Source: an uncultured Chloroflexia bacterium (GTDB taxonomy: Bacteria > Chloroflexota > Anaerolineae > Anaerolineales > UBA4823). From it: a stretch of 64,000 nt of DNA. The position numbers were made by a program, and so were the translations under genes. The notes beneath the pieces were generated by a model that made no database searches, was not told where the DNA came from, and saw only the letters and a list, made by a program, of their open reading frames with translations. The first letter of the stretch is position 1. Each line of letters opens with the position of its first letter. Shown here one piece after another: positions 45,088-55,678 of the stretch. The stretch lies in the NCBI GenBank assembly GCA_963695415.1, contig CAVOGL010000024.1, positions 124,802 through 188,801 of the forward strand, written 5' to 3'.

Positions 45088-45792
45088 ATGAAAACCGCAG
45101 CCATTCTTCTGCGCGTATCTTTTCTTTTACTGCTCTTTCTCCTCACCGCCTGCGCCGCTGGTTTTCAGACCACTGCCGGTGGTGCCGTTTACGTGACCAT
45201 CGATGAAAGCTTTGGCAGGCGCGAGCACGTTCTACCAGGCGCCGATCCCGGAACCTTTAAGGTATTAAAAGGGAAGGAATATGCAAAAGACCGCCAGCAC
45301 GTCTATTACCGCACTCAGCTGGTCGAAGGCGCGATTGCCGGCGACTTCGAAGCCTTTTCCGGCACTTATGCCCGCGACAGTGCCCATGCCTATTACCAGG
45401 GCAGAGCCATACCAGGCGCCGATCCGGCTTCCTTTGCCCCATTCAACATCCAGTGGGCACAGGATAGCAAAGACATCTATTTCCAGGATCGTCCCCTTGC
45501 AGCCTGTGATCCAGCATCCTTCAAACTGCTTGAGGACGATTGGCAGGTGGATGACCTTTGCGTCTACCGCGAAGGAAAAAAATTCCTCGGCGCAGATCCA
45601 CACACCTTTGAAGTGTTGAATTACTTCTTTGCCAAAGACGCCAACCAGGTTTACAGCGGTATCGGGATCGTCATCGAAGGCGCAGACGCCGCCACTTTCG
45701 AGCTGGAGAAAGGTATCTGTTTGGTCTGCGCCCGCGATAAGGAGCGCTGCTACCGCTACGAGGAAGCGGTCAGCTGCGATCAGAACCCTTAG
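45088..45792 (+). CDS. DKNYY-repeat lipoprotein
   Basis: signal plus lipobox (LLFLLTACAAG); repeated YAKDxxHVYY / FAKDANQVYS / DPxTFE motifs. Confidence 0.7.
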   Translation: MKTAAILLRVSFLLLLFLLTACAAGFQTTAGGAVYVTIDESFGRREHVLPGADPGTFKVLKGKEYAKDRQHVYYRTQLVEGAIAGDFEAFSGTYARDSAHAYYQGRAIPGADPASFAPFNIQWAQDSKDIYFQDRPLAACDPASFKLLEDDWQVDDLCVYREGKKFLGADPHTFEVLNYFFAKDANQVYSGIGIVIEGADAATFELEKGICLVCARDKERCYRYEEAVSCDQNP

Positions 45793-45869
45793 GCAGTGAG
45801 CGCCTTACTTCTTATGTAAAAAAACGAATAAGAAAGTAAAGGGTGTTCTTCGTTTTCATCCATTGCTTT

Positions 45870-45963
45870 CTTTACCAAATCTTTACAATCCATCCATGCT
45901 CTCTTTACATCATCTTGCTAGAATGTTCTCATCTTATATATCAAAATTAAGGAGAACATTCTA
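45870..45963 (+). promoter_or_regulatory. candidate response-regulator boxes and SD-covering inverted repeat upstream of the copper operon
   Basis: CTTTAC at 45870, 45881, 45903 (11-nt phasing); TTGCTA at 45915; perfect 12-bp inverted repeat TAGAATGTTCTC (45919-45930) / GAGAACATTCTA (45952-45963) whose right arm covers GGAG and abuts ATG 45964. Confidence 0.45.
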
Positions 45964-46578
45964 ATGAGTAGTAAAACTATCAAAATTTTATTGGTTGTAG
46001 TTTTTTCCCTGATTGCCATTGGCGCAGTCGGAATGGGTGTGGCTTATGCCCAGGACGAAACACCTGAAAATCCCTTCACCCCCGGTGGGATGATGAGAGG
46101 ATGGCGAGGGCAGGATGATACGGATTGGATGAACACGATGCACGCCTGGATGAACCAGACAGGCGGGATGCACACCCTGGTATGGGAAAATCTTGCAGAA
46201 GCCCTGGGTCTCACCCAGGATGAGCTTTCAGCAGAATTGGAAAATGGCAAGACCCTCGAATCACTGGCTGCAGAAAAAGGACTGGATCGCAACGTTTTGA
46301 TCACTGTTCTTGAAAATACTCACCAGGATGCTCTGGCGCAGGGTGTAGCAGATGGGGCACTCACCCAGGAACAGGCAGATTCAATACTGTCCCAAATGGA
46401 AGGTCATTACGAATGGATGATCGAAAATATGACCTCCGGCGATGGTTACAGCATGATGAGCGGGTATGGAAGTATGATGATGGGGCGGTTCTACAACCGT
46501 CAGGATAGCTCCAGTCAATTTTCCTCCGGCGGCTGCCATGGTTACGCTGCTCCCTCAGCTTCCCAGAACCGGCCTTAA
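45964..46578 (+). CDS. secreted Met/His-rich protein (putative periplasmic copper-binding protein)
   Basis: 204 aa; signal peptide; MMRGW, WMNTMHAWMNQTGGMH, YSMMSGYGSMMMG tracts; adjacent to multicopper oxidase. Confidence 0.55.
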   Translation: MSSKTIKILLVVVFSLIAIGAVGMGVAYAQDETPENPFTPGGMMRGWRGQDDTDWMNTMHAWMNQTGGMHTLVWENLAEALGLTQDELSAELENGKTLESLAAEKGLDRNVLITVLENTHQDALAQGVADGALTQEQADSILSQMEGHYEWMIENMTSGDGYSMMSGYGSMMMGRFYNRQDSSSQFSSGGCHGYAAPSASQNRP

Positions 46579-46641
46579 ATACACGTAATACTCACCTCCT
46601 GAGCGGTAGGCTGGAAAGCCGCCGCTCAGGGATTTAATCAC

Positions 46642-48267
46642 ATGAAACAAACCGACATAAAACAAGTTAAGATACATTCAAAAATCACCCGGCGGCAATT
46701 CCTCCAGGCAGCTGCTTTGGGGATGGGAGGTGTGGCTCTGTCACCTTTGTTGTCTGCCTGCAGCCAGATTCTAGCTCAGGACAACTTGCTAGTTTCCTCA
46801 CCCACAAAACAACCTGTCTTATCCACTCCGGCAGCCGCTGTACCGGCCGAATTGGTGGAGATCAGCCTCAAAGCTGCCCCAGGGAGATTCCAAATTCTCC
46901 CTGGCGCCGAGACACGCCTCTGGCATTATCAGGCAGACCTTCTTCAGGGCTCGCCGGCAAGTCTGCAATTCCTCCCTGGCGCTTATCCGGGACCGGTCTT
47001 GCGGTTGTCTCGCGGTCAGGTTTTGCGTGTTCACTTTGAAAACCAGATCAAAGAACCTACAACCATCCACTGGCATGGTCTCAGTGTGCCAGCTGAGATG
47101 GATGGTCATCCCCGGGATGCGGTTAATGATGGCGCAACTTTTGTTTATGAATTCCCTGTCATAAACCGCGCCGGCACTTATTGGTTCCACCCCCACCCGC
47201 ACCAGCGCACCGGTCCGCAGGTTTATTATGGTCTTGCCGGTCTTTTAATTGTCTCGGATGAGGCTGAAGCTGCCCTGGGGCTTCCTTCAGGGGAATTTGA
47301 CCTGCCCCTGGTGCTCCAGGACCGTCTTTTTGATGATCAGAACCAGCTCGACTACTCCGGCGATCCGATGGTTGGGTTCCTGGGCGATCGCATCCTGGTC
47401 AATGGTCAGGTCGATTATCGCCTTGAAGTTTCTGCCTCACCCTACCGCTTGCGCCTGCTCAACGGATCAAATGCCCGTATTTATAAACTTGCCTGGGACG
47501 ATGCAACACCTTTGACCGTCATTGCCACGGATGGTGGTCTGCTCGAAAGACCAATCCAGCGCGGATATGTGACCCTGGCGCCGGGTGAGCGTGTTGAGCT
47601 GTACGCTGACTTCAGCGCCGACAAGCTCGGAACACATCGCCGCCTGGTCAGTCAGGTCTTTGATGTTGGTGAAATCGGTATGGGAGCCATGATGGGGGGA
47701 CGCTCAACGGGATTGCCACAGGGTGGCGAGATGGTTGTCCTCCAGCTGGCTGTAACTCACACCGGGCAGCAGGATGTTCCCTTGCCAGAAACCCTGGGAA
47801 ATCAAGGTTTTTATTCTGAACGGGATGCCGTCAATTATCGCCGTCCGCGCCGGTTCGACCTCACCATGCACATGTCAGGTTTCATCAACGGGCGCGATTT
47901 CGAGATGGATTCGGTCGCTTCACATGAAGTCGTGCGTCTGGGGGACCTCGAAGTATGGGAGTTTAACAATCTAGGTGGTAGGATGGGGATGATGGGTGGG
48001 ATGGACCAACCGCATCCCATGCATATCCACGATGTGCAGTTCCAGGTTCTGGAACGCCGGCTGGGGGACGGCTCGAATCAGGTTTACAATTCCTTGTCTG
48101 CCGGTTTTGTGGATCATGGTTGGAAGGATACCGTTTTGGTCATGCCGGGTGAAGTCGTCCGCGTGCTGGTAAAATTCGAGCACTACGCCGGTTTGTTCCT
48201 GTATCACTGCCACAACCTGGAACATGAGGACGGCGGTATGATGCGCAACTATCGTATCGAAAGTTAA
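46642..48267 (+). CDS. multicopper oxidase (CopA/CueO-like) with Tat signal and lipobox
   Basis: 541 aa; RRQFLQAAALG...LLSAC; copper ligand motifs IHWHG, WFHPHPH, HPMHIHDVQF, HCHNLEHEDGGMM. Confidence 0.9.
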   Translation: MKQTDIKQVKIHSKITRRQFLQAAALGMGGVALSPLLSACSQILAQDNLLVSSPTKQPVLSTPAAAVPAELVEISLKAAPGRFQILPGAETRLWHYQADLLQGSPASLQFLPGAYPGPVLRLSRGQVLRVHFENQIKEPTTIHWHGLSVPAEMDGHPRDAVNDGATFVYEFPVINRAGTYWFHPHPHQRTGPQVYYGLAGLLIVSDEAEAALGLPSGEFDLPLVLQDRLFDDQNQLDYSGDPMVGFLGDRILVNGQVDYRLEVSASPYRLRLLNGSNARIYKLAWDDATPLTVIATDGGLLERPIQRGYVTLAPGERVELYADFSADKLGTHRRLVSQVFDVGEIGMGAMMGGRSTGLPQGGEMVVLQLAVTHTGQQDVPLPETLGNQGFYSERDAVNYRRPRRFDLTMHMSGFINGRDFEMDSVASHEVVRLGDLEVWEFNNLGGRMGMMGGMDQPHPMHIHDVQFQVLERRLGDGSNQVYNSLSAGFVDHGWKDTVLVMPGEVVRVLVKFEHYAGLFLYHCHNLEHEDGGMMRNYRIES

Positions 48268-48276
48268 AGGTCCAAA

Positions 48277-48960
48277 TTGTCCTCTCCGAAAATCCTGGTC
48301 GTCGAAGATGAGGCATCCATCGCCAACCTGGTTGCCTCATACTTGCGAAAAGAAGGCTATGAAGTTTTCACTGCGTCTGATGGTCCCGCTGGTCTCAAAG
48401 CTGCCCGTTCTCTAAAGCCGGATCTGATCGTGCTGGATGTCATGCTGCCAGGGATGGATGGTCTTGAACTGCTGGCGCAGGTCCGCCGTGAGTCGAATCC
48501 CTATGTCATTCTGTTGACTGCCCGCAGTGAAGAGCTGGATAAGATCGTGGGATTATCGGTAGGCGCTGACGATTACGTCACCAAGCCCTTCAGCCCGCGC
48601 GAATTGACTGCCCGGGTGAAAGCTGCCCTGCGCCGCCTGCACAGCGGCGTTACGCATCCTGCTGATATCCTCGATTTCAAGCACACCCACATCGATGTGG
48701 CTGCTCGCGTGGTATTGTTCGATGACGAGCCTGTCGATCTGACCGCCATGGAATTTGACCTGCTGCGTGTCCTTGCCGAATACGCTGGCATGGTTCTCAC
48801 TCGTGAACAGCTCCTGGAAAAGGTTTGGGGATCCAGTTATTATGGCGAGACCCGTGTGGTGGACGTTCACATCGGGCATCTTCGCCAGAAATTGGGGGAC
48901 AGCAGTCTGCTTGCTACCGTGCGCGGGGTGGGTTATCGTTTCGACGATGAAAGGGTCTGA
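48277..48960 (+). CDS. OmpR/PhoB-family response regulator (CopR/CusR-like)
   Basis: 227 aa; receiver (ILVVEDE, DLIVLDVMLPGMDG) plus winged-helix (VRGVGYRF); TTG start. Confidence 0.85.
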   Translation: MSSPKILVVEDEASIANLVASYLRKEGYEVFTASDGPAGLKAARSLKPDLIVLDVMLPGMDGLELLAQVRRESNPYVILLTARSEELDKIVGLSVGADDYVTKPFSPRELTARVKAALRRLHSGVTHPADILDFKHTHIDVAARVVLFDDEPVDLTAMEFDLLRVLAEYAGMVLTREQLLEKVWGSSYYGETRVVDVHIGHLRQKLGDSSLLATVRGVGYRFDDERV

Positions 48961-48966
48961 GCTAAG

Positions 48967-50101
48967 ATGCATATTATTCGGACTCATCTGGGCGTAAAAA
49001 TATTTCTCTCTTACCTGATCGTCATCCTGGTTGGAGCAATCGTGCTGGCTGTCTCTGTCTCTCTGGTTCTTCCCGGTGCTTTCAGCCGCCACATGCTGGG
49101 TATGGGCGGTATGATGGGCATGATGGAGGGCACTCACGAAATGAGCGATCTTTTTCAGGGTTTTCGCAGCGGTGTTTATGATGCCCTCGTCCTGTCTGCT
49201 ATTGCTGCCAGTATAGCCGCTCTGGTCGTTGGTTTAATAGTTACCCGCCAGTTGATCGCCCCCATTCAGGCATTGTCGCGTGCCTCTCAGCGTATCGCTG
49301 CAGGAAGCTACCGCGAGCGCGTTGAACTGCATCAGGATGAACCCCATGGTCTGGATGAGTTGGGTCAGTTAGCGCTGGATTTCAATCGCATGGCGGAGAA
49401 CCTCGAGCAGGTCGAAGCGCTGCGCCGTCAATTGATCGGTGATGTCAGCCACGAGCTGCGCACGCCGCTGACCACCATCAAAGGTTCACTCGAAGCCCTG
49501 GTGGATGGCGTCTTGCCTGCCATTCCGGAGACGTTTACACGCATCTCCCAGGAAGCCGACCGTCTTCAACGCCTGGTGGATGATTTGCAGGAACTCAGCC
49601 GGGTAGAAGCTGGTGCTTTCGAGTTGAACCTTCAACGACTGGACATTGATGTTGTCATCCAGTCTGCAGTTAACCGCTTCGAGCGCCAGTATGCTGAAAA
49701 AGGTGTCAGCCTCAGTATGAATCTGACCCCTGACCTGCCTGCTGTCCTTGCTGATGCAGACCGCCTGGGACAGGTGTTCAATAACCTGCTTGGTAATGCC
49801 CTGCAGTATACGCCTCAAGGTGGCGAGGTGGTTGTCACCGCACAGAAATCAGGGGCGGATAGTTCAGGTCAGCGTGCGGGATACCGGCATCGGCATTTCT
49901 CCCGAGCACCTGCCGCATGTGTTTGACCGCTTCTACCGCGCCGATCGCTCCCGCGCCCGCGTATCCGGAGGCAGCGGCATCGGACTCACCATCGCCAGAT
50001 ACCTGATCGAAGCTCACGGCGGGAGAATCTGGGTGGAAAGCCATGGCGAAGGCCAGGGTAGTAAATTTAGCTTTAACATCCCCTATCACAGCGGTTCCTA
50101 A
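48967..50101 (+). pseudogene. sensor histidine kinase (CopS/CusS-like), frameshift at a GGGG run near 49853
   Basis: TM, HAMP, H-box SHELRTPLT. ..VVVTAQKSG then the frame of 49748-50101 gives RIVQVSVRDTGIGISPEHLPHVFDRFYRAD, GGSGIGLTIA. Deleting one G from aaatcaGGGGcgg restores the frame. Confidence 0.8.
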
Positions 50102-50134
50102 AAAGCTTATGCAAGCCCGTCGCCAAAGTTGCCC

Positions 50135-51298
50135 TTAATTTTGATAAATCTTCGCCTGGAGCAGCATTAAATCCGGAAGCTCCTCTGCCCACTCGCGGAT
50201 CGCAGCCCAGTTCCGCCGGTCGCCGGCAGGCGCCTGGATGACCAGCATCGCGAACAGCACAGCCCACCACTTCAGCCGACCATACTCCATCCTGCCTCCA
50301 AACACCCCGATGCTAATCGGTCTGGAAGGGCGCGCTGCCTTGAGTACCGGTCGCAGGTAATTCTCCAGCCGGGTATAGCGTTCCTTAAAATTTAATCTCT
50401 TATCATTTTCCGGATGCTTTGGCAGTTTTTCATCAACAGTAATGGGGATCTCACCCATTCGCATATCGGCGGTCTGCGTCAGGCTCATCGCCAGGACAAA
50501 CACAGCCAGTGGCATTCTTTGCAGCGCTTTCCGGTTTCTCCGCAGGAAACCCCGGGCAGCCCGGTGCCAGCCCATGATCATCGGTGCCCCAACCACCACG
50601 CCAGCGTAGTTTTGCAGATCCTTGACCTGCTCTATCGGCAGGATATCGACCCGTAAACCGCTTTTTACGATCTCTTCCCCCACAATCTCAGCGACCTCCG
50701 CTGTTGAGCCTGCCATCGTCGCGTAGGCAACCAGGATTTTGCTCATGTCATCCATCACCCATGCTTCACAGCAATTCGTTTGATTTTTAGTGTCAGTTTC
50801 TGTAGCTTGCTCTACATTCAGGAAACCCAGGGCGCCGAACATCCCGCGCATCAACCTGTGACCGAAGTCAGGATTTAAGAACTGGTTCGGGCAGCTGCCA
50901 GGGATGACCGTAATCCCGTTCTCGTGGCACATGCGCACTGCATCTTGCGAGACGCTGCTCATGCTCGCTACCAGTCCCGGTTTTGTGCCCATCATGCAGT
51001 GCATCCAAACCCGCTTTACACCAAGGTCCACACATTGCTGGACGATGTCTTCGCAGATTTGGGGGTTAGTCAGGATGAAGACCGCATCCGGCTTCTCAGG
51101 GATCGACTTCAAGTCCGGGTAGCACGGGTCTCCTTCGAAACTGTTGATGCGTGGGTTGACCGCGCTCACCTCATAACCTGTTTCCTTGAATTTACGGTAA
51201 GCGCCGTTGCACCCCGTCTCGCGCCTGTCCGATACGCCGACAACGGCGATCCTTTTCTGTGCCAGGAAATCTTTCACAAGAGGGTCGATTTTTGCCAT
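50135..51298 (-). CDS. CoA-binding-domain / flavodoxin-like-domain fusion protein
   Basis: N-terminal KRIAVVGVSDRRETG...VNPR (YccU-like CoA binding); C-terminal KILVAYATMAGSTAEVAE (flavodoxin-like). Confidence 0.65.
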   Translation of the reverse strand: MAKIDPLVKDFLAQKRIAVVGVSDRRETGCNGAYRKFKETGYEVSAVNPRINSFEGDPCYPDLKSIPEKPDAVFILTNPQICEDIVQQCVDLGVKRVWMHCMMGTKPGLVASMSSVSQDAVRMCHENGITVIPGSCPNQFLNPDFGHRLMRGMFGALGFLNVEQATETDTKNQTNCCEAWVMDDMSKILVAYATMAGSTAEVAEIVGEEIVKSGLRVDILPIEQVKDLQNYAGVVVGAPMIMGWHRAARGFLRRNRKALQRMPLAVFVLAMSLTQTADMRMGEIPITVDEKLPKHPENDKRLNFKERYTRLENYLRPVLKAARPSRPISIGVFGGRMEYGRLKWWAVLFAMLVIQAPAGDRRNWAAIREWAEELPDLMLLQAKIYQN

Positions 51299-51402
51299 GG
51301 ATGCTCCTTGTTTTTGTTGTTTTCTTTTAAATGAGATGAACTTTCAGGTGTATTGTCAGTGTACTGCTGATTACGATATAAGCCTGCTTTATATTTTAAT
51401 GC

Positions 51403-52623
51403 CTATTCTACCTGAAGTGGAAGCGCTTCCCCCTTCATTCCATGATCGATCATCTGAAGTATCTCCCATGTAAACGCATGTGCGTCCTCCAGGCACTCTT
51501 CTTCGATGTACTCGAACCGGTCAGTCATCTGGTGCCAGTGTGTGCCAGTGGAGGCGTATTCGGGTGTCATTGCGCAGACTGTTACTGCGACCAGTCCACG
51601 CAGTGTCGCTGGTAGAGCATCATTGTAAGCCGTCCCGGGCATCTCCAACACACCCCGTTCAAGCACTGAGGCAGCCTTCCGTTCCAACTCCAACGCCGCC
51701 GGATGTGTGGGGTGTTTGATCACCAATCCATCGTTGGAAATATATTTGACCTGCCCCGTGCCCACCTCATCCAGGATGATATACACTGCCGGGTCTCCCA
51801 GCTCTTCCATGTGCCGGTCCAGGTATGCAGTCATCCCATGAGCCCCGGTTTCCTCACAGTCGGTGAACACCAGGTTCACCTGAGTGTGTCCTAAAGGTTC
51901 TTCGACCAGTCTTTTCGCCAGTCCCAGGATAACCCCAACCCCGGAAGCGTTGTCGTTTGCGCCGGGTGAAAAGGGAGTAAGGTCAGCGCTTGCCACCAAA
52001 CCCAGTACGAAAAATTGCACCGGAGCCAGGATCACGGCTGACCAGCGCAATCCCTCCCAGCCGAAAAGTGTGCCCAGACCAAAAAGTAACGCTCCCACCG
52101 CCATGCTCACGAACGCGCCACTCACCAGTACTCCAAACAACCGCTGCCACCTCGCCGTTGAATAGAACACCGGCGTGCGGTGTGTGTCGTAATGGGCACA
52201 GAGCACTATTCTGTTTTTACCCTCACGAACAGGAGCGATGCTGCCGACAACATTCTGGGTGAGTGCCTTAGGCGAGAACCACCTCGCCCAGTGGTTTTTG
52301 AATTCAGTTTCCGCCAGCATTCCCCACACCCCCATCAGGTTCAACAGCGCGCCGGTCCCCAACGCCCACCGTTCGCCCACGGTGAGACCCAGTAAGCTGC
52401 CCAACAGTGCAGCAGCAAACACTGCAAGGAAAGGCCTGTAGGTCGAGGTTCTCCCCTCGAAGGATTCGTATCCCACCTCACTGGCTCCCAATTTGATCAG
52501 TTCGTTGTGGATATATTCCCCAGCTTTCTGGGCTTCAGCCGTGCAGCTGCCGCGCCCGCCAATCGTTTCTGCCAGGTAGCGAATGTGCTCGAGTGAGTAT
52601 TGGGTGTAAGTTTGCATTGTCAT
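51403..52623 (-). CDS. membrane-anchored M28-family metallopeptidase
   Basis: 406 aa; HYDT, NDNASGVGVILGLAKRL, FTDCEETGAHG zinc-ligand motifs; internal TM helices. Confidence 0.8.
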   Translation of the reverse strand: MTMQTYTQYSLEHIRYLAETIGGRGSCTAEAQKAGEYIHNELIKLGASEVGYESFEGRTSTYRPFLAVFAAALLGSLLGLTVGERWALGTGALLNLMGVWGMLAETEFKNHWARWFSPKALTQNVVGSIAPVREGKNRIVLCAHYDTHRTPVFYSTARWQRLFGVLVSGAFVSMAVGALLFGLGTLFGWEGLRWSAVILAPVQFFVLGLVASADLTPFSPGANDNASGVGVILGLAKRLVEEPLGHTQVNLVFTDCEETGAHGMTAYLDRHMEELGDPAVYIILDEVGTGQVKYISNDGLVIKHPTHPAALELERKAASVLERGVLEMPGTAYNDALPATLRGLVAVTVCAMTPEYASTGTHWHQMTDRFEYIEEECLEDAHAFTWEILQMIDHGMKGEALPLQVE

Positions 52624-52629
52624 GTTTTC

Positions 52630-53445
52630 CTATAACATGACTTCCATCCCGTCATAAGCAGCCTCGACATCATGGGGATGGAAGATCGCTTCCAGTTCTG
52701 CGTGCAGCGGGTTGCCGGAGTGCGAGAAGTGGTGCGCGATCACCCTGCCTCCAGGGCGGATCAGACCTTCGGAGCGAATCCACCGGACCTGTTCCAGAAA
52801 TGATTCGAATCCCAGGTGCTGATCATACTCCCCAACGCCCAGGGTTTCCTCCAACACAACCACGTTAAAGGAGCGCCCCACCAGAGCCTTGCGGGTATCC
52901 TCCGTGAAACGCCCGGTATCGGTGGCATACAGGATGGCGTGATTCCCATCATCGACGCTGTAAAATAGCGCTTCCAGACTGCCCACCGCGTGGTGGGCGC
53001 GGTAAGCGCTGATCTTGTACCCGTTGGTCTCCCATTCATCAAAGGCGTGTACCGTATAGGATTCCAGGTGCATTAACGCCAAATCATGAGACTCTTGCCC
53101 CATGATTGCCGCCACATCTCGCGGACCATAAAGGTGCAGCGTGGGCGGAGGTCTCCGTCCTGTAAAAGCATCCACGCGCATCTCAAGATTTCCCATGAAA
53201 AAATGATCCATATGGGCGTGGGTCACCAGCCCGGTGGTCACGTTCCACAGGTTCAGGCTGAAGCGCTGCGCGGAAGCCAGTAGATCGGGTCCGAAATCGA
53301 TCAGCAGATCTTCATTGACCAGCAGCGCACTGCGCAGGCGTATATTCTTCCCTCCCAGAATACGTGCCTCGTTGCACGAATCACAGCTGCAGAAAATGCC
53401 CGGGTAGCCCTCAGCTGCCGCAGTGCCTAAAAAGAAAAGACGCAT
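52630..53445 (-). CDS. MBL-fold metallo-hydrolase
   Basis: THAHMDHF motif; Cys-rich N-terminus (CSCDSCNEAR, as in PhnP-like proteins); ATG 53445 preferred over 53499. Confidence 0.75.
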   Translation of the reverse strand: MRLFFLGTAAAEGYPGIFCSCDSCNEARILGGKNIRLRSALLVNEDLLIDFGPDLLASAQRFSLNLWNVTTGLVTHAHMDHFFMGNLEMRVDAFTGRRPPPTLHLYGPRDVAAIMGQESHDLALMHLESYTVHAFDEWETNGYKISAYRAHHAVGSLEALFYSVDDGNHAILYATDTGRFTEDTRKALVGRSFNVVVLEETLGVGEYDQHLGFESFLEQVRWIRSEGLIRPGGRVIAHHFSHSGNPLHAELEAIFHPHDVEAAYDGMEVML

Positions 53446-53458
53446 GGAATGTTCCTCC

Positions 53459-53974
53459 TCAGCCTGTTTCCGGTTTATTGCCTGAACTATAAATGTCAAT
53501 GGATTGGAAAGCAGCCAGGATATCCTCTTCGGAGATGGGTGTGTTGTTATTAATTTTCAGGTCCCAATCATAATGCACGTTAGCTGCGACCCGATTGTAT
53601 TCAGCCACCTGATCCATCGAAACTGCTATCTGGTCAACTCTGCTGCGGTTCTTAACCCGGTCAAGGCAGGTGTCCAGATCCGCAACCACCCTGATCATCT
53701 TGATGGAATGTTTTTCAGCGAGAGCAGCATAAAATCCTCGAAAACCTTCACCAGCCCCCAGGCTTTCGATCATCACCTGATCGTGAATCTCAAACATCCT
53801 GTCGATCGCCGCTTCGACCTTCATCCAGCCATCCTCGCCAGGCTGAAGGCTCAGCCAGATCGGCTCAACCCGCAGGAAGGAAATATCGGTATGCTCACCC
53901 ACCACGGTGCCAATATACGTTTTGCCGGCGCCCTTCGGACCAATGAGCATAAACAATGTCTTGAGCTTATCCAT
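53459..53974 (-). CDS. P-loop kinase-like ATPase
   Basis: Walker A IGPKGAGKTY near the N-terminus, small size typical of nucleotide/shikimate-kinase-like proteins. Confidence 0.55.
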   Translation of the reverse strand: MDKLKTLFMLIGPKGAGKTYIGTVVGEHTDISFLRVEPIWLSLQPGEDGWMKVEAAIDRMFEIHDQVMIESLGAGEGFRGFYAALAEKHSIKMIRVVADLDTCLDRVKNRSRVDQIAVSMDQVAEYNRVAANVHYDWDLKINNNTPISEEDILAAFQSIDIYSSGNKPETG

Positions 53975-54024
53975 GAAGGAACATTCCACAGTTTTTTCTT
54001 ACAGGAAATTACTGTCCCCAATTT

Positions 54025-54601
54025 TCATACAATCCGAGTGACCTCATCGATGGGCTTGCGCCACCTGGCATCCGGGCTTTCATCCGCGAAACCCAGGCAG
54101 ATCGCCGCAATCATCTCGCCTTCCTCACCCAACCACTCGCACAATTCTTCGTACGCATAAAACACATCACACACCCACAGCGACCCAATCCCCAGTTCTA
54201 CCGCTGCCAGAAGCATATTCTGAATTGCCGCCCCGATGGACTGGATATTGACCACGTCATCGAACATTTGCCCGGTCGAATGCTTTTCCCACGGTCGAAA
54301 TCCCCAGTGGATTGAAGACAAAGACAGTCACCGGCGCCCCTTCCATCACCCGTGCCGACCCCTCGCTGCTGCCGGGATCATCCCCCTGTGCTTTGGCATT
54401 ATCAATCCCTTGGCGCATAATCCGCAGCATCTCGCTGCGCCGATCTCCCTCGACAACCACGAAGCGCCAGGGTTGGCGGTTCTTTCCGGACGGCGCCTGT
54501 ATGGCTGCATGGAGAATGGCACGGAGCATCTCATCGGGTATTGGCGTGTCCTGAAATTTACGGATACTGCGCCTGGCAGCGATTGCATCTAAAGTGTTCA
54601 T
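54025..54601 (-). pseudogene. nitroreductase-family protein, frameshift near 54305
   Basis: [26 protein letters not shown]. ..VFVFNP then the frame of 54025-54321 gives [11 protein letters not shown]...NIQSIGAAIQNMLLAAVELGIGSLWV. Confidence 0.8.
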
Positions 54602-54764
54602 GGGATCCCCTTTCTCACGGAATTGGTTCTACTGGTTGACCAGCTTTCCCCTCGAAATCGTCATGGTCTTTGTTGGTTGATTGATTTTACCGCCTTTCTA
54701 AATGTTAAAATGCTTCTTACCAGGTGATGATGTGTATAATCATGGGCAAACCTTGACTTTACGA

Positions 54765-55639
54765 ATGCAAAGCATCGCCCTCCTATTTCTTCTGGCAGTC
54801 ATTTTTCTTTCCGCCTGCGCATCTCCTCGAACCATCGAGACAACGCCTGCCGCCACGCTGCCTCCTACGCTCCAGAGCCAACCAGAACACCCACACATAC
54901 TCCCACACCATCCAACCCTGCCACTTCTCTCGCCATGAATTGTGACGATTGGGCGTTACTCGACCTTGGAGAATACCAGGCTCAGAACAACACCTGGGGG
55001 AAGGGAACGCTCAGCGGCTGGTCCCAGTGTATTGGCATTGGGAATAATGACGATGGGACGCTTATCGCCCGTTGGACCTGGGATTGGCTGAACTCGGGTG
55101 GGAATGTCAAGGCTTATCCCGAGATCGTTTTCGGTCAGAAACCAGGTAGTTCGACCACCACAGCTTCCTTACCTGCCCAAATCAACAGCATCCGTTCCGC
55201 CACCGTCACTTACGATGTCGCCTCCACATACACCGGCAGTGGGAACCTGGCTTTCGATATCTGGCTGACCGATACGGACAACCCGTCCACCTGGGGAGTG
55301 CCGCCGATCACCCACGAGATTATGATCTGGCTGGATTACTATGGCAGCATGAGTCCGGGCGGCGCCTGGCAGGGGCGCGAGATGATCGATGGTGCCACCT
55401 ACAGCGTCTACGTGGGCGAGAAGTATGGCGACGGTTGGCGCTATATCGCCTTCGTCAGAGCCCCTAGGCAGCAGGGCGCAGGCACCCTCGAACTTGCCGC
55501 TTTTCTCACTTATTTACGCGAAAAGGGTCTCGTGACCGGTGAAGAATACCTGGCATCGATTGAGTTCGGCAATGAGGTCGCCGGCGGAACCGGCGAAACC
55601 CTCCTCAATATATATTCAATCTCAGTGCAAGCAGAGTAA
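54765..55639 (+). pseudogene. lipoprotein GH12-family glycoside hydrolase, frameshift in the Thr/Pro linker near 54875
   Basis: signal plus lipobox MQSIALLFLLAVIFLSAC. The linker continues in the GH12 frame as EPTRTPTHTPTPSNPATSLA. GH12 motifs YQAQNNTWG, VKAYPEIVFG, FDIWL, HEIMIWL. Confidence 0.75.
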
Positions 55640-55678
55640 CGTACCCGGTTTCCCGTCTCCCTCACGAGGAAAGCGATT

